From Nannocystaceae bacterium ST9 (GTDB lineage: Bacteria; Myxococcota_A; Polyangia; Nannocystales; Nannocystaceae): a stretch of DNA of 64,000 nucleotides. Positions 8,499 through 17,805 of the stretch are shown here, piece by piece. The translations under genes were made by a program, and so were the position numbers. Location of the stretch: NCBI GenBank assembly GCA_048320885.1, contig JBLWFJ010000001.1, forward strand, positions 5,697,697-5,761,696, given 5' to 3'. Below the pieces are notes generated by a model. It saw only the letters and a program-made list of their open reading frames with translations, ran no database searches and was not told the origin of the DNA. Positions within the stretch are counted from its first letter, which is position 1. Every line of letters starts with the position of its first letter.

Positions 8499-10121
8499 GT
8501 GGCCGAGCCCGACCGCCCAACCGCGCGCGCGCTCCCGTGGCTCGCGGCGCTGCTCGTGCTCGCCACGCTGACGCTGCTGCGGGTGATCGCGCTCGACCGC
8601 GATCCACCGACGATCGTGCTGCCGCACTACGCCGACGAGGCCCACTTTCGCGACGAGGTGGCCAAGGCCCACGAGGCCCGCAACATGGCCCGCTTCGATC
8701 GCTGGCAGCTCTCGGACGCCGACGAGTACGGGTTTTGGCGGCTGCAGAGCCCCTACTGGGTCTACGCCGAGGCGGCGTGGTTTCGCGTGTTCGGGGTCGA
8801 CCTGGTCTCGGCTCGCGCCTTCGTGCTGGTCCACGTGCTGCTCTCGCTGGCCTTGCTGTTCTGGCTGGCGCTGGTTCGGCACGGCTTGCCGGCCGCGATC
8901 GCGACCACGCTGCTGCTCGGGGCCAACTGGGCGTTCTTGGTGTTCTCGCGGCTGGCCTTGATGGAGGGCGTGGTGATCGCCTGGTTGTTGGTCGCGAGCG
9001 CCGGGCTGGCCCAGCTCGAGCGGCGGCCCGATCAGCCGGCGCGCTGGATCGCGGTCGCGGTGCTCGGCCTGCTGCTCGCGTGCACGACCAAGCAGACCGC
9101 GCTGCTGGTCATCCCCGCGTTCGTGCCGATCTTGATCGCGCTGAGCCTGCGCGCGGCCGGGCCGGGCTCGCTGGCAGGGCGGCTGCGTCGACCGGCGCCC
9201 GCGTGGGCGCTGCTCGGCGTGCTCGTGCTGCTCGGGGTGCTCGCGGCCTTGCTGCTCGATCCCGAGTACCAGCGCCGGCTGGCCTTCAACGCGCGCCACT
9301 TCACCAGCGCCGAGGAGCGCGGGTCGTCGGTGGTAGGCAACGCCGCGCTCTCGCTCGTCTACGGGCTCTTCGGTCGGCGCATGCAGCTGATGTTCATGGT
9401 CCTCGCCCCGCTGCCGCTGTGGCTGGCGACGGTCGAGCTGGGCCGCTGGTTGGTCGCCAGCTGGCAGCGACGAAGGCGAGGCGAGCGGTCGAGCACGCCG
9501 CTCGGGCTCGAGGGCGGCCTGACGATCTTCGACATCTGGATGCTGGCGTGGGCCTTGCTCGCCCTGCTCGCCAACCTGGCCAGCCCGCATCGCGCCGTCC
9601 GCTTTCAGCTGGTGCTGATCCCTCCCGCCGCGTGGTTGGGCGGGCTCCTGGTCGCGCGCGCCTGGCTGCACGCCTGGCCGAGCGTCCGCGCGACGCGAGC
9701 GGTGCGGGCCGGCCTGCTCGCGCTGCTGCTCGCCAGCGGCTCGGTGACGCTGGTTCGCTTCGGGCTGTGGCTGGCCGAGTCCGAGTCGAGCGCGGCCGAG
9801 CTGGGCGGCGAGCTCGAGGCGATGATCGGCGATCGCCACGCGGTCGTGGTCGGCGAGTTCGCGGCTCAGGCCGTGTTCGCGACCGACTATTGGCACTTCT
9901 ACGTGCGCCCCGGTCAGTTCAACGACACGCGCGAGATCATCGGGGCGCTCGCCATCACCCACCTGATCGAGGTCACCGACGAGGAAGACTTCGTCGCGCG
10001 CCTGCTCGCCCGCCGGGCGCCCAAGCTGCTCGCGGGCCGCGTGCAGATCGGGACCCTGCGATTTCGCGAGCACGAGCTGATCGTCTGGGAGCTTCAGCCG
10101 GCCGCGCGATCGCCCGAGTGA
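8499..10121 (+). CDS. GT39 / ArnT-like membrane glycosyltransferase (dolichyl-phosphate-mannose-protein mannosyltransferase family)
   Basis: ~10 predicted TM helices. Topology and loop pattern are typical of PMT_2/ArnT (TTKQTALLVIPAFVPILIAL etc.). A GTG start at 8499 gives the first TM segment, ALPWLAALLVLATLTLL. Divergent from the 7225..8451 gene. Confidence 0.6.
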   Translation: MAEPDRPTARALPWLAALLVLATLTLLRVIALDRDPPTIVLPHYADEAHFRDEVAKAHEARNMARFDRWQLSDADEYGFWRLQSPYWVYAEAAWFRVFGVDLVSARAFVLVHVLLSLALLFWLALVRHGLPAAIATTLLLGANWAFLVFSRLALMEGVVIAWLLVASAGLAQLERRPDQPARWIAVAVLGLLLACTTKQTALLVIPAFVPILIALSLRAAGPGSLAGRLRRPAPAWALLGVLVLLGVLAALLLDPEYQRRLAFNARHFTSAEERGSSVVGNAALSLVYGLFGRRMQLMFMVLAPLPLWLATVELGRWLVASWQRRRRGERSSTPLGLEGGLTIFDIWMLAWALLALLANLASPHRAVRFQLVLIPPAAWLGGLLVARAWLHAWPSVRATRAVRAGLLALLLASGSVTLVRFGLWLAESESSAAELGGELEAMIGDRHAVVVGEFAAQAVFATDYWHFYVRPGQFNDTREIIGALAITHLIEVTDEEDFVARLLARRAPKLLAGRVQIGTLRFREHELIVWELQPAARSPE

Positions 10122-11365
10122 TCTTCGGACTCGCGCGGCCGCAGCAGGATCAGCAAGGGCAAGAAGAGCAGCCCGAGCATGAGCCCGAACGCGAAGGTCC
10201 AGCCGAACCCGTACGCGTCGACCAGCATGCCCGAACTCAGGCCGCCCGGGACCTTGCCGAACACCTCGACGCCGGCGAGCAGCGTGTAGTGAGTGGCGCC
10301 GATCCGGCGATCGACCCGGCTCATCATGAACGCGAACATCGCCGTGGTCAGTCCGCCGCCCGCGATCTCTTCGAAGCCCTTGACGACCACGACCGCGCCG
10401 ACGAACGCGTCGTCGCCGAGCGGGCCGACCTGCCCGCTCAGCCAGACCACGCCGACCAGCGAGAGCGCGCGCAGGACCGCGAAGAGCACCAGCGCCCGCC
10501 CGACGCCGAGCCGCACGGCCAGCGCACCGCCCAGAAACGAGCCGGCGAGCGAGAACGCCATCCCCCAGGTCCCGACGATCAAGCCGATCTGCGGGGCGTC
10601 CCAGTGGGCCACGCGGACCAAGAAGGGCTCGAACATCGCGTCGCAGATCGACTCGCCGATCTTGTAGGTCGCGACGACCGCGAGCAGGGCCAGCCCGCCG
10701 GGTCGAGCGAGCGCCCGTCCGAGCGTGGCGATCAGGTCGGCCATCCGCGCGTGCACGGGCGGAGGCTCGTCGGACCCACGCTCGCGGACCGGCTCGCGCC
10801 AACCGAGCGCGATCACGAACGCGATCGCGATCAGGGCCGCGATGGTCAGGAAGAGCCCACGCCAGCCGATCCACTGGCTGGCCCAGACCAGCACGCCGCC
10901 GCCGAGCAGCATGCCGATCTTGTAGCCGACGACCTGCGCGACGTTGCCCCACCCGAGCTCGTCGGTGCCGAGCAGATCGACCGCGAGCCCGTCGACCGCG
11001 ATGTCCATGGTCGCCGCGAACAAGTTGGTCAGCGCGATCAACCCGAGCAGCAGCGCGAGCGACTCGGCGGGCACGAACGCGGCCGCGAAGCAGGTGCTGG
11101 CCAGCGCGGCTTGCAAGGGGACGATCCACGTGCGGCGTCGACCGAAGCGCTCGCTGCTCCAGCGATCGACCACCGGAGCCCAGAGCGGCTTGAGCAACCA
11201 CGGGGCCGAGAGCGCGCCCGCGAACCCGACCTTGGTCAGCGAGAGCCCGGCCGCCGTCAGGTAGGCCGGCAGCGCCGTGGCCTGAAAGCCGAAGGGCAGA
11301 CCCTGGACGACATAGAAGACCGCGAGGATCGCCAGTCGATTGGCAAGCGAAGCCGGTGCCGCCAC
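10094..11365 (-). CDS. MFS transporter, AmpG-like (muropeptide/PAT family permease)
   Basis: 12-TM MFS architecture with N-terminal YVVQGLPFGFQATALP, characteristic of AmpG-family permeases. Confidence 0.7.
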   Translation of the reverse strand: MAAPASLANRLAILAVFYVVQGLPFGFQATALPAYLTAAGLSLTKVGFAGALSAPWLLKPLWAPVVDRWSSERFGRRRTWIVPLQAALASTCFAAAFVPAESLALLLGLIALTNLFAATMDIAVDGLAVDLLGTDELGWGNVAQVVGYKIGMLLGGGVLVWASQWIGWRGLFLTIAALIAIAFVIALGWREPVRERGSDEPPPVHARMADLIATLGRALARPGGLALLAVVATYKIGESICDAMFEPFLVRVAHWDAPQIGLIVGTWGMAFSLAGSFLGGALAVRLGVGRALVLFAVLRALSLVGVVWLSGQVGPLGDDAFVGAVVVVKGFEEIAGGGLTTAMFAFMMSRVDRRIGATHYTLLAGVEVFGKVPGGLSSGMLVDAYGFGWTFAFGLMLGLLFLPLLILLRPRESEDHSGDRAAG

Positions 11366-11390
11366 GCGCTGGTTGTAGCGCGTTTTGTGG

Positions 11391-11648
11391 TCAGACTGCA
11401 GGCAACGCAGCGAGCTCGCGGGCGAGCTCGTTGTGCAGGCGCAGCTCGTAGAGCGCTCGATCTTCGGGATCCATCTCGAGCAGATCCATGACCTGCTCGG
11501 TCCTCTGGATCGCGCCGTGCTTATCGATCTTGACGTGGACCTCGCTCACCCAGCTCCGGCCGGTCCGCGGGTCGTGGTGCAGCGTCCGGCTGATGCCGGA
11601 GCGCCCGCGCTCGCGTCGATAGAGCTCGAATCGCTTCATGACCTTCAT
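11391..11648 (-). CDS. Small hypothetical protein (85 aa)
   Basis: ATG start, high GC3, balanced composition (MKVMKRFELYRRERGRSGISRTLHHDP...). No recognisable family. Confidence 0.4.
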   Translation of the reverse strand: MKVMKRFELYRRERGRSGISRTLHHDPRTGRSWVSEVHVKIDKHGAIQRTEQVMDLLEMDPEDRALYELRLHNELARELAALPAV

Positions 11649-12035
11649 CCAAACTAGAGGTTCGAAGCGGCTCGTGCAACTGGCCTTTGGTTCGGGTCGT
11701 GTCGAGAATTCGCGACGAAGTGCGAGGCAATTTTCGCGAGTGATCGCCGTGCATGATCGTGCGCGTGGACAATCGCCTCACGCGATCACGGCTTCGCTCG
11801 CGAGCGAACAGTCCGACTGCGAAATGCCGTCGTTCCTGTGACGCGCGCTCGGAATCTTCCTGGCTGCGTGTCGATCGATCGACCGAGGTCCGCGCTCGCG
11901 TCCGCTTTCCGGCGCGTCGATCACCGACGCCGGGGAGCTTTCACACGCGCTGCTCGTCCACGTCGGGGCCGAAACCCTCCTGCCACCCGGTGCCCCCGGG
12001 TTGCACGGCCCGCGAGCGGGGGCGAACCTACGGGC

Positions 12036-12563
12036 ATGGCGGAGACGCTCTTGTCCCTGCACATCAACGGCGAACTGGCCCACGTGGCCGCACCTCCTCA
12101 TTGGTCGCTGCTCGAAGTCCTCCGCTATCGACTCGATTTGATCGGTTCGAAGCAGGGCTGCGACAAGGGTGACTGTGGGGCCTGCACCGTGCAGATCGAT
12201 GGCGAGCCGGTGCTCGCCTGTCTCACCTTGGCCTGCACGGCGCAGGGGCGAGCGATTCGTACCGTCGAGGGGCTCGGCTGGGAGCCTGGCGTTCGCGCGG
12301 CTGGCTGCCATCCGCTGCAGGACGCCTTCGACCGCTACGACGCGGCACAGTGTGGGTTCTGTACGCCCGGCATCTTGATGAGCGCGGAGTCGCTGCTGCG
12401 CAAGCGTGGTCGTCCGGTCAGTCCGAGCGAGGTCCGCGAGGCGCTGGCCGGCAACCTCTGTCGTTGCACCGGCTACACCAAGATCGTCGACGCGGTGGTC
12501 GACGCGAGCATGCAGATGTTCGCGCGCGAGCCTGGTGAAGTCGAGGGCGTGACGAGCACCTGA
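12036..12563 (+). CDS. Xanthine-dehydrogenase-family molybdenum hydroxylase, (2Fe-2S)-binding small subunit (CoxS/XdhC-iron-sulfur type)
   Basis: Two [2Fe-2S] cysteine clusters: CDKGDCGACTV...C and QCGFCTPG...CRCTGY. The track ORF starts upstream, but the first in-frame ATG with protein-like sequence is at 12036. Confidence 0.85.
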   Translation: MAETLLSLHINGELAHVAAPPHWSLLEVLRYRLDLIGSKQGCDKGDCGACTVQIDGEPVLACLTLACTAQGRAIRTVEGLGWEPGVRAAGCHPLQDAFDRYDAAQCGFCTPGILMSAESLLRKRGRPVSPSEVREALAGNLCRCTGYTKIVDAVVDASMQMFAREPGEVEGVTST

Positions 12564-12578
12564 GGAGCACGACCGATC

Positions 12579-14954
12579 ATGGCCGACCAAGATCCCAAGC
12601 AAGGCGCGTGGCAGCTCGGCAAGTCGCACCGCAAGGTCGACGCGATGGAGCGGATGCGCGGCGTCACCCGCTACACCGACGACCTCAAGCTGCCCGGGCT
12701 GCTGCACTGCAAGATCCTCCGCAGCCCGCACCCGCACGCCAACATCCTGCGCATCGACACTAGCAAGGCGGCCGCGCTGCCCGGCGTGCACGGGGTCATC
12801 ACCGGCAAGGACCTGCCGATCCCCTACGGCATCATCCCGTGGACGCCCGACGAGACCGCGCTCGCGCTGACCAAGGTCTGCTACGTCGGCGACGGGCTGG
12901 CCGCGGTCGCGGCCGTCGACGAGGACACCGCCTTGCTGGCGCTCGCGCTGATCGAGGTCGAGTACGAGCTGCTGAAGGCCTACTACGATCCCGAGCAGGC
13001 GCTGGCCGGCGAGGTCGGCATCAACCCGTTCAACAAGCGCGGCAACCTGTCGAAGGACGTCGTGCTCGAGTTCGGCGACGTCGAGCAGTCGCTGTCCGAC
13101 GCCGCGCTGGTGATCGAGGGCGAGTACTTCTTCGAGGGCACGACCCACGGCGCGATCGAGCCCCACTGCGCGCTCGCCAAGCTCGAGCCCAACGGCCTGC
13201 TGACGGTCTGGTCGGCGACCCAGGTCTCGCACTACCTGCACCGCGAGCTGGCCAAGGTGCTCGAGCGGCCGGCCCACACGATCCGGGTGATCCAGCCGCC
13301 GCTCGGCGGCGCGTTCGGTGGCAAGAGCGAGCCCTTCGATCTCGAGTTCTGCGTGGCCAAGCTGGCGATGCTGACCGGGCGCCCGGTCAAGTGCCTCTAC
13401 ACCCGCGAAGAGGTGTTCTACGCCCACCGCGGTCGCCACCCGATGAAGATGCGCCACCGGACCGGGTTCACCCGCGAGGGCAAGATCACCGGCGTGAGCG
13501 CGCGGACCTTCATCGACGGCGGCGCCTACTCGAGCTTTGGCCTGGTCACCACCTACTACTCGGGCCAGCTGCTCTGCTCGCCCTACGTGTTCCCGGCCTA
13601 CCGCTTCCACAGCACGCGGGCCTACACCAACAAGCCGGCGTGCGGACCCAAGCGCGGGCACGGCTCGGTCCAGCCTCGCTTCGCGATCGAGGTCCAGCTC
13701 GACAAGGCCGCCGTCGCGCTCGGGCTCGATCCCTTCGAACTGCGTCGGCGCAACGACATGGGCCGCGACACCGCGACCATCAACGAGTTCAAGATCGGCA
13801 GCAACGGGTTCCTCGAGTGCCTTGAGCGGGTCGAGGGCGCGTCGCAGTGGCGCGAGCGTCGGGCCGAGCTGCCCTACGGGCGCGGGCTCGGACTGGCCGG
13901 CAGCACCTACATCTCGGGCACCAACTACCCGATCTATCCCAACGACATGCCGCAGGCGGCCGTCCAGATCGCGCTCGATCGCAGCGGTCGCGCGCGCGTG
14001 TTCTCGGGCGCCAACGACATCGGTCAGGGCAGCAACACCATGCTCGCGGTGATCGTCGCCGAGGAGCTCGGCCTGCACCTCGACGACGTCCGGGTGCTCA
14101 GCGCCGACACCGATCTGTGCCCGGTCGACATGGGCGCCTACAGCTCGCGGATCACCTTGATGGTCGGCAACGCGTGCATGCAGGCCGCCCAGAAGCTGCG
14201 CGGCAAGGTCCGGCAGTCGGTCGCCCAGCGCTGGGAGATCCCGGCCTCGCGCGTGACCCTGATCGATCGCAAGGCGATGGATCTCGAGGACCCCTCGCGC
14301 AGCGTGGCGATCGATCAGGCCTTCCAGTGGGCCGAGGTCGACCACGGTCTGCTCGGCGAGGTCGGCAGCTACAACACGCCCAAGGATCGCCACGGCAGCT
14401 ACCGCGGCGGGACGATCGGCGCGTCGCCGGCCTACTCGTTCACCGCCCACGTCGCCGAGGTCGAGGTCGATAGCGAGACCGGCGTGGTCGAGGTCAAGCA
14501 CATCTGGGTCGCGCACGACTGCGGCCGAGCGCTGTCCAAGCTGATCGTCGAGGGCCAGATGGAGGGCTCGGCCTACATGGGCTTCGGCGAGGCGATCATG
14601 GAGCGCCACGCCGTCGACCCGCGCCACAACGGCGTGCACATCGGACCGAGCCTGCTCGACTATCGCATGCCGACCTTCCTCGACACGCCCGACATCCACG
14701 CGCTGATCGTCGAAGCGCCAGACGAGCAAGGCCCCTACGGCGCCAAGGAGGCCGGCGAGGGCCCGCTGCACCCGAGCATTCCGGCGATCGCCAACGCGAT
14801 CCACGACGCCGTCGGCGTGCGGATCGATTCGCTGCCCTTCTCGGCGCCCAAGGTGCTCGCGGCGATCCAAGACCGCGCGAGGCTCGAGGCCGGCGGCGAG
14901 CTGCCACCTTTCAAGCCGGCCTCGCGTGGGCTCGGCGAGCGGAGGAGCGCCTGA
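12579..14954 (+). CDS. Xanthine-dehydrogenase-family molybdopterin-binding large subunit (aldehyde oxidase / xanthine dehydrogenase a/b hammerhead plus MoCo domains)
   Basis: 791 aa. Motifs: GKSHRKVDAMERMRG, GGAFGGKSE, the KDRHGSYRGGTIGASPAYSF region, and the C-terminal GAKEAGEG. Confidence 0.85.
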   Translation: MADQDPKQGAWQLGKSHRKVDAMERMRGVTRYTDDLKLPGLLHCKILRSPHPHANILRIDTSKAAALPGVHGVITGKDLPIPYGIIPWTPDETALALTKVCYVGDGLAAVAAVDEDTALLALALIEVEYELLKAYYDPEQALAGEVGINPFNKRGNLSKDVVLEFGDVEQSLSDAALVIEGEYFFEGTTHGAIEPHCALAKLEPNGLLTVWSATQVSHYLHRELAKVLERPAHTIRVIQPPLGGAFGGKSEPFDLEFCVAKLAMLTGRPVKCLYTREEVFYAHRGRHPMKMRHRTGFTREGKITGVSARTFIDGGAYSSFGLVTTYYSGQLLCSPYVFPAYRFHSTRAYTNKPACGPKRGHGSVQPRFAIEVQLDKAAVALGLDPFELRRRNDMGRDTATINEFKIGSNGFLECLERVEGASQWRERRAELPYGRGLGLAGSTYISGTNYPIYPNDMPQAAVQIALDRSGRARVFSGANDIGQGSNTMLAVIVAEELGLHLDDVRVLSADTDLCPVDMGAYSSRITLMVGNACMQAAQKLRGKVRQSVAQRWEIPASRVTLIDRKAMDLEDPSRSVAIDQAFQWAEVDHGLLGEVGSYNTPKDRHGSYRGGTIGASPAYSFTAHVAEVEVDSETGVVEVKHIWVAHDCGRALSKLIVEGQMEGSAYMGFGEAIMERHAVDPRHNGVHIGPSLLDYRMPTFLDTPDIHALIVEAPDEQGPYGAKEAGEGPLHPSIPAIANAIHDAVGVRIDSLPFSAPKVLAAIQDRARLEAGGELPPFKPASRGLGERRSA

Positions 14955-14955
14955 C

Positions 14956-15954
14956 ATGTTGCGACTGCCTCAATTCGGCGTGGTGATGCCCGAGACCGTC
15001 GCGGGCGTGGTCGAGGCCCTGAAGGCCAACCCCGGCGCACGGATCCTCGCCGGCGGCACCGACCTGCTGCCCAACCTCAAGCACTGGCTCGACGAGCCGC
15101 CGCTGCTGGTCAGCCTCGCCCAGGTCCGCGAGCTGCGGACGATCGCGATCCGCGAGCGCGCGCTCGAGCTCGGCGCGGGCATGACCCTGCGCGAGATCAG
15201 CGAGCACCCCGAGGTGACCTCGCGCTTCCCGAGCCTCGCCCACGCGGCCGGGATCGTCGCGAGCCCGCTGATCCGCAACATGGGCACGATCGGCGGCAAC
15301 GTGAACCTCGACACGCGCTGTCGCTACGTCAACCAGACCGCGTTCTGGCGGCAGGCGATCGGCGGCGGCTGCCTCAAGAGCGAGGGCGACGTCTGCCACG
15401 TCGTGCCCGGCGGGCAAAACTGCGTGGCCGCGATGAGCAGCGACTGCGTGCCCGTGCTGATCAGCCTGGGCGCGTCGATCGTGATGGTCGGCCCCGAGGG
15501 CACGCGCGAGCTGCCGCTCGACAAGTACTTCAAGGCCGACGGCATCGCCCACACCCACCGGGCCGAGGGCGAGCTGACCTGCACCCTGCGCGTGCCCCTG
15601 CCCGAAGGTCCGCGCCGCTCGGCCTACGCCAAGTGGACGGTCCGCAAGAGCATCGACTTCCCGCTGGTCTCGGTCGCGCTCTGCTTCGAACTCGAGCGCG
15701 ACGAGGTCCACGCGCCGGTCCGCGCGGCCACGGTCGTGGTCGGCGTGCTCGGAGCCAAGCCGCGGGTGATCAGCGGGCTCGAGGCCGCGGTCGGCAAGAA
15801 GCTCTCGGATCCCGCGCTGGCCCGGCTGGTCGCGGACGCGGTCCACAAGCAGTGCAAGCCGCTCGAGAACGTGCCTTACGAGGCGCCCTATCGCCGGCAG
15901 ATGCTCGGCGTGTACACGCGCCGGGCGATCGAGGGGCTGGTCGCGGCGGGCTGA
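14956..15954 (+). CDS. Xanthine-dehydrogenase-family FAD-binding subunit (CoxM-like)
   Basis: ILAGGTDLLPNLK FAD-binding motif. The ATG overlaps the large-subunit stop (TGACATG). The operon order is S-L-M. Confidence 0.8.
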   Translation: MLRLPQFGVVMPETVAGVVEALKANPGARILAGGTDLLPNLKHWLDEPPLLVSLAQVRELRTIAIRERALELGAGMTLREISEHPEVTSRFPSLAHAAGIVASPLIRNMGTIGGNVNLDTRCRYVNQTAFWRQAIGGGCLKSEGDVCHVVPGGQNCVAAMSSDCVPVLISLGASIVMVGPEGTRELPLDKYFKADGIAHTHRAEGELTCTLRVPLPEGPRRSAYAKWTVRKSIDFPLVSVALCFELERDEVHAPVRAATVVVGVLGAKPRVISGLEAAVGKKLSDPALARLVADAVHKQCKPLENVPYEAPYRRQMLGVYTRRAIEGLVAAG

Positions 15955-15968
15955 GCAAGAGGGCCGCC

Positions 15969-17336
15969 ATGCTTCGTCGCCTGCACATCGAGAACTTCAA
16001 GGCTTGGCGCGATACCGGAGACATCCGGCTCGCGCCGCTCACGGTGTTCTTCGGGACCAACAGCTCGGGCAAGACCAGCTTGCAGCAGATGTTGCTGCTG
16101 CTCCAGCAGACGGCGCAGTCGTCGGATCGCCAGCGAGTCCTGCACCTCGGCGACAGCCAGTCGACGATCGATCTCGGGACCTTCTCCGACGTCGTGCATG
16201 GGCACGGTGAAGACACCGCGCTGAAAGTCGCGCTCGCATGGGACAGCGCGCAACCATTGACGATCCACGACTCGCGCACCAACAAGAAGATCGAAGCGAA
16301 TGAGTTCGAGTTTCACGCGACCATTCGTCAACCGCCGCGGCAGCCGATTCAGCTCGAGTCCATGGGCTATCGAATCGGGCCCAAGCTGACCGTCGATTTC
16401 ACGCGTTCGTCCGACGTCTTCGAGCTGACCATGAAGGGGTACGAGCCGGTTCGCAACTCGGGGCGAAGGTGGCCGCTTCCGAGTCCGAGTCGGTTCTATG
16501 GGTTCCCCGACGAAGCGGTCAGCTATTTTCAGAACACCGGATTCCTCGCCGATCTCAACCTCGAGTTGGAGCGCTTGTTCGCTCGGCTCTTCTATGTCGG
16601 TCCTCTGCGCGAGTATCCCAAGCGCTTGTATCTGTGGTCGGGCGAGCATCCCGAGCACGTCGGCAAGACCGGCAGTCGCGCGATCGAGGCGTTGTTGGCA
16701 GGGAAGGATCGCTACTACAACTTCGCGGCTCGGCAGCGCAAGCAGACGTTGGAAGAGGTCGTCGCGCGATGGCTACAGCAGATGGGCCTGATCGCGGAGT
16801 TCGCGGTTCGTCCGATCGCCGAGAACCGCAAGGAGTACGAGGTCGTCGTCCACTCGGCCAAGGGCGGGTCCGAAGTCAAGCTGACGGACGTCGGGTTCGG
16901 CGTATCTCAGGTGCTGCCGGTCATCGTCGAGTGCTTCTATGTGCCCACGAATTCGATCGTGCTGTTCGAGCAGCCCGAGATCCATCTGCATCCCCGAGTC
17001 CAAGCCGACCTCGCCGACCTGTTCATCGAGGCGCTCGAGGCCCGCGAGGGCGGGCATCCAAGGAATCTCCAGTTGCTCGTCGAGAGTCACTCGGAGCACT
17101 TCTTGAGGCGCTTGCAGCGACGGATTGCCGAGCGCAGGATCGCTGCCGAATCCGTGGCGCTCTATTTCTGTGAGGAGGGCCCCGAGGGCTCGGTGATTCG
17201 TCACCTCGATCTCGACGACTTCGGTCGGATCACCAACTGGCCCAAGGACTTCTTCGGAGACATCGCCGGGGATACTGCGGCGCAGATTCGAGGCGGGTTG
17301 TTGCATGTGGGCAGGGACGGCGCGAAGGGTGGCTGA
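15969..17336 (+). CDS. ABC-type AAA_15/AAA_21-family ATPase with a DUF3696-like C-terminal region (OLD/PtuA/AriA-like soluble ATPase)
   Basis: Walker A FGTNSSGKTS. A Q-loop region. Walker B/D-loop IVLFEQPEIHLHP. H-loop LLVESHSEHF followed by LRRLQRRIAE...ALYFCE. No TM segments. Clearly lower GC (about 53-62% vs about 70% in the flanks). Starts 14 bp after the FAD-subunit stop, with an AAGAGGG ribosome-binding site. Confidence 0.75.
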   Translation: MLRRLHIENFKAWRDTGDIRLAPLTVFFGTNSSGKTSLQQMLLLLQQTAQSSDRQRVLHLGDSQSTIDLGTFSDVVHGHGEDTALKVALAWDSAQPLTIHDSRTNKKIEANEFEFHATIRQPPRQPIQLESMGYRIGPKLTVDFTRSSDVFELTMKGYEPVRNSGRRWPLPSPSRFYGFPDEAVSYFQNTGFLADLNLELERLFARLFYVGPLREYPKRLYLWSGEHPEHVGKTGSRAIEALLAGKDRYYNFAARQRKQTLEEVVARWLQQMGLIAEFAVRPIAENRKEYEVVVHSAKGGSEVKLTDVGFGVSQVLPVIVECFYVPTNSIVLFEQPEIHLHPRVQADLADLFIEALEAREGGHPRNLQLLVESHSEHFLRRLQRRIAERRIAAESVALYFCEEGPEGSVIRHLDLDDFGRITNWPKDFFGDIAGDTAAQIRGGLLHVGRDGAKGG

Positions 17337-17805
17337 CGCGATCATCGACACGAACGTCCTGCTCGTGGCGAGCGCGGCGGACCCGGGATCGCCCTTCGCC
17401 GACACTCACCTTACACCGGCCGAACAACTCGCCGTGCTCGACTGGGTGCTGTCGTTTCACAGGAGCGCGGAGCAGGTCGTCCTGGACAACGGGATGACGA
17501 TTCACGACGAGTACTACAACAAGATGACCGGCCAGGACTTCGGGATGATCGTGATCACCGAGAAGCTCCAGAGCGCCCGCCTCCACGTCATCGAGTACGA
17601 CGCGGACGGCCATGGCGTCGTCCCGGCGGCCTTCGCCGCGCTCGATCGGTCGGACCGCAAGTTCTTGGCGGTCGCGCTGGCGGATCTCGACGCCGGCGAT
17701 TCGAGCGAGATCGTCAACGCGACCGACACGCTGGATTGGAACGCGATCGCGGCGGCCTGCGAGGCCCATGGAATCACGATTCGTCACCTGCTCGGAGGAC
17801 GATGA
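17305..17805 (+). CDS. PIN-like domain protein (putative nuclease). The start is the ATG at 17305 or the GTG at 17329, overlapping the ATPase stop.
   Basis: The N-terminal AIIDTNVLLVA resembles the first PIN acidic motif. Further conserved acidic positions (DRSDRKFLAVAL, NATDTLDW) fall at spacings typical of PIN. Translationally coupled to both neighbouring genes. Lower GC. Confidence 0.5.
   Translation: MWAGTARRVADAIIDTNVLLVASAADPGSPFADTHLTPAEQLAVLDWVLSFHRSAEQVVLDNGMTIHDEYYNKMTGQDFGMIVITEKLQSARLHVIEYDADGHGVVPAAFAALDRSDRKFLAVALADLDAGDSSEIVNATDTLDWNAIAAACEAHGITIRHLLGGR

Noticed and set aside
8217-11201. 994-aa minus-strand ORF
   Set aside because: Extreme Arg/Pro/Gly composition and antisense to the well-supported GT39-like and AmpG-like genes. 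A typical high-GC antisense artefact.
11778-14957. 1059-aa minus-strand ORF
   Set aside because: Antisense to the three molybdenum hydroxylase subunit genes, which have unambiguous cofactor motifs. Low-complexity Arg/Gly/Asp composition.
17305-17805. Alternative reading of the middle cassette gene as a mere overlap artefact
   Set aside because: The frame has normal composition, lower GC matching its neighbours, and coupling signals at both ends, so it was retained. The PIN assignment itself remains tentative.
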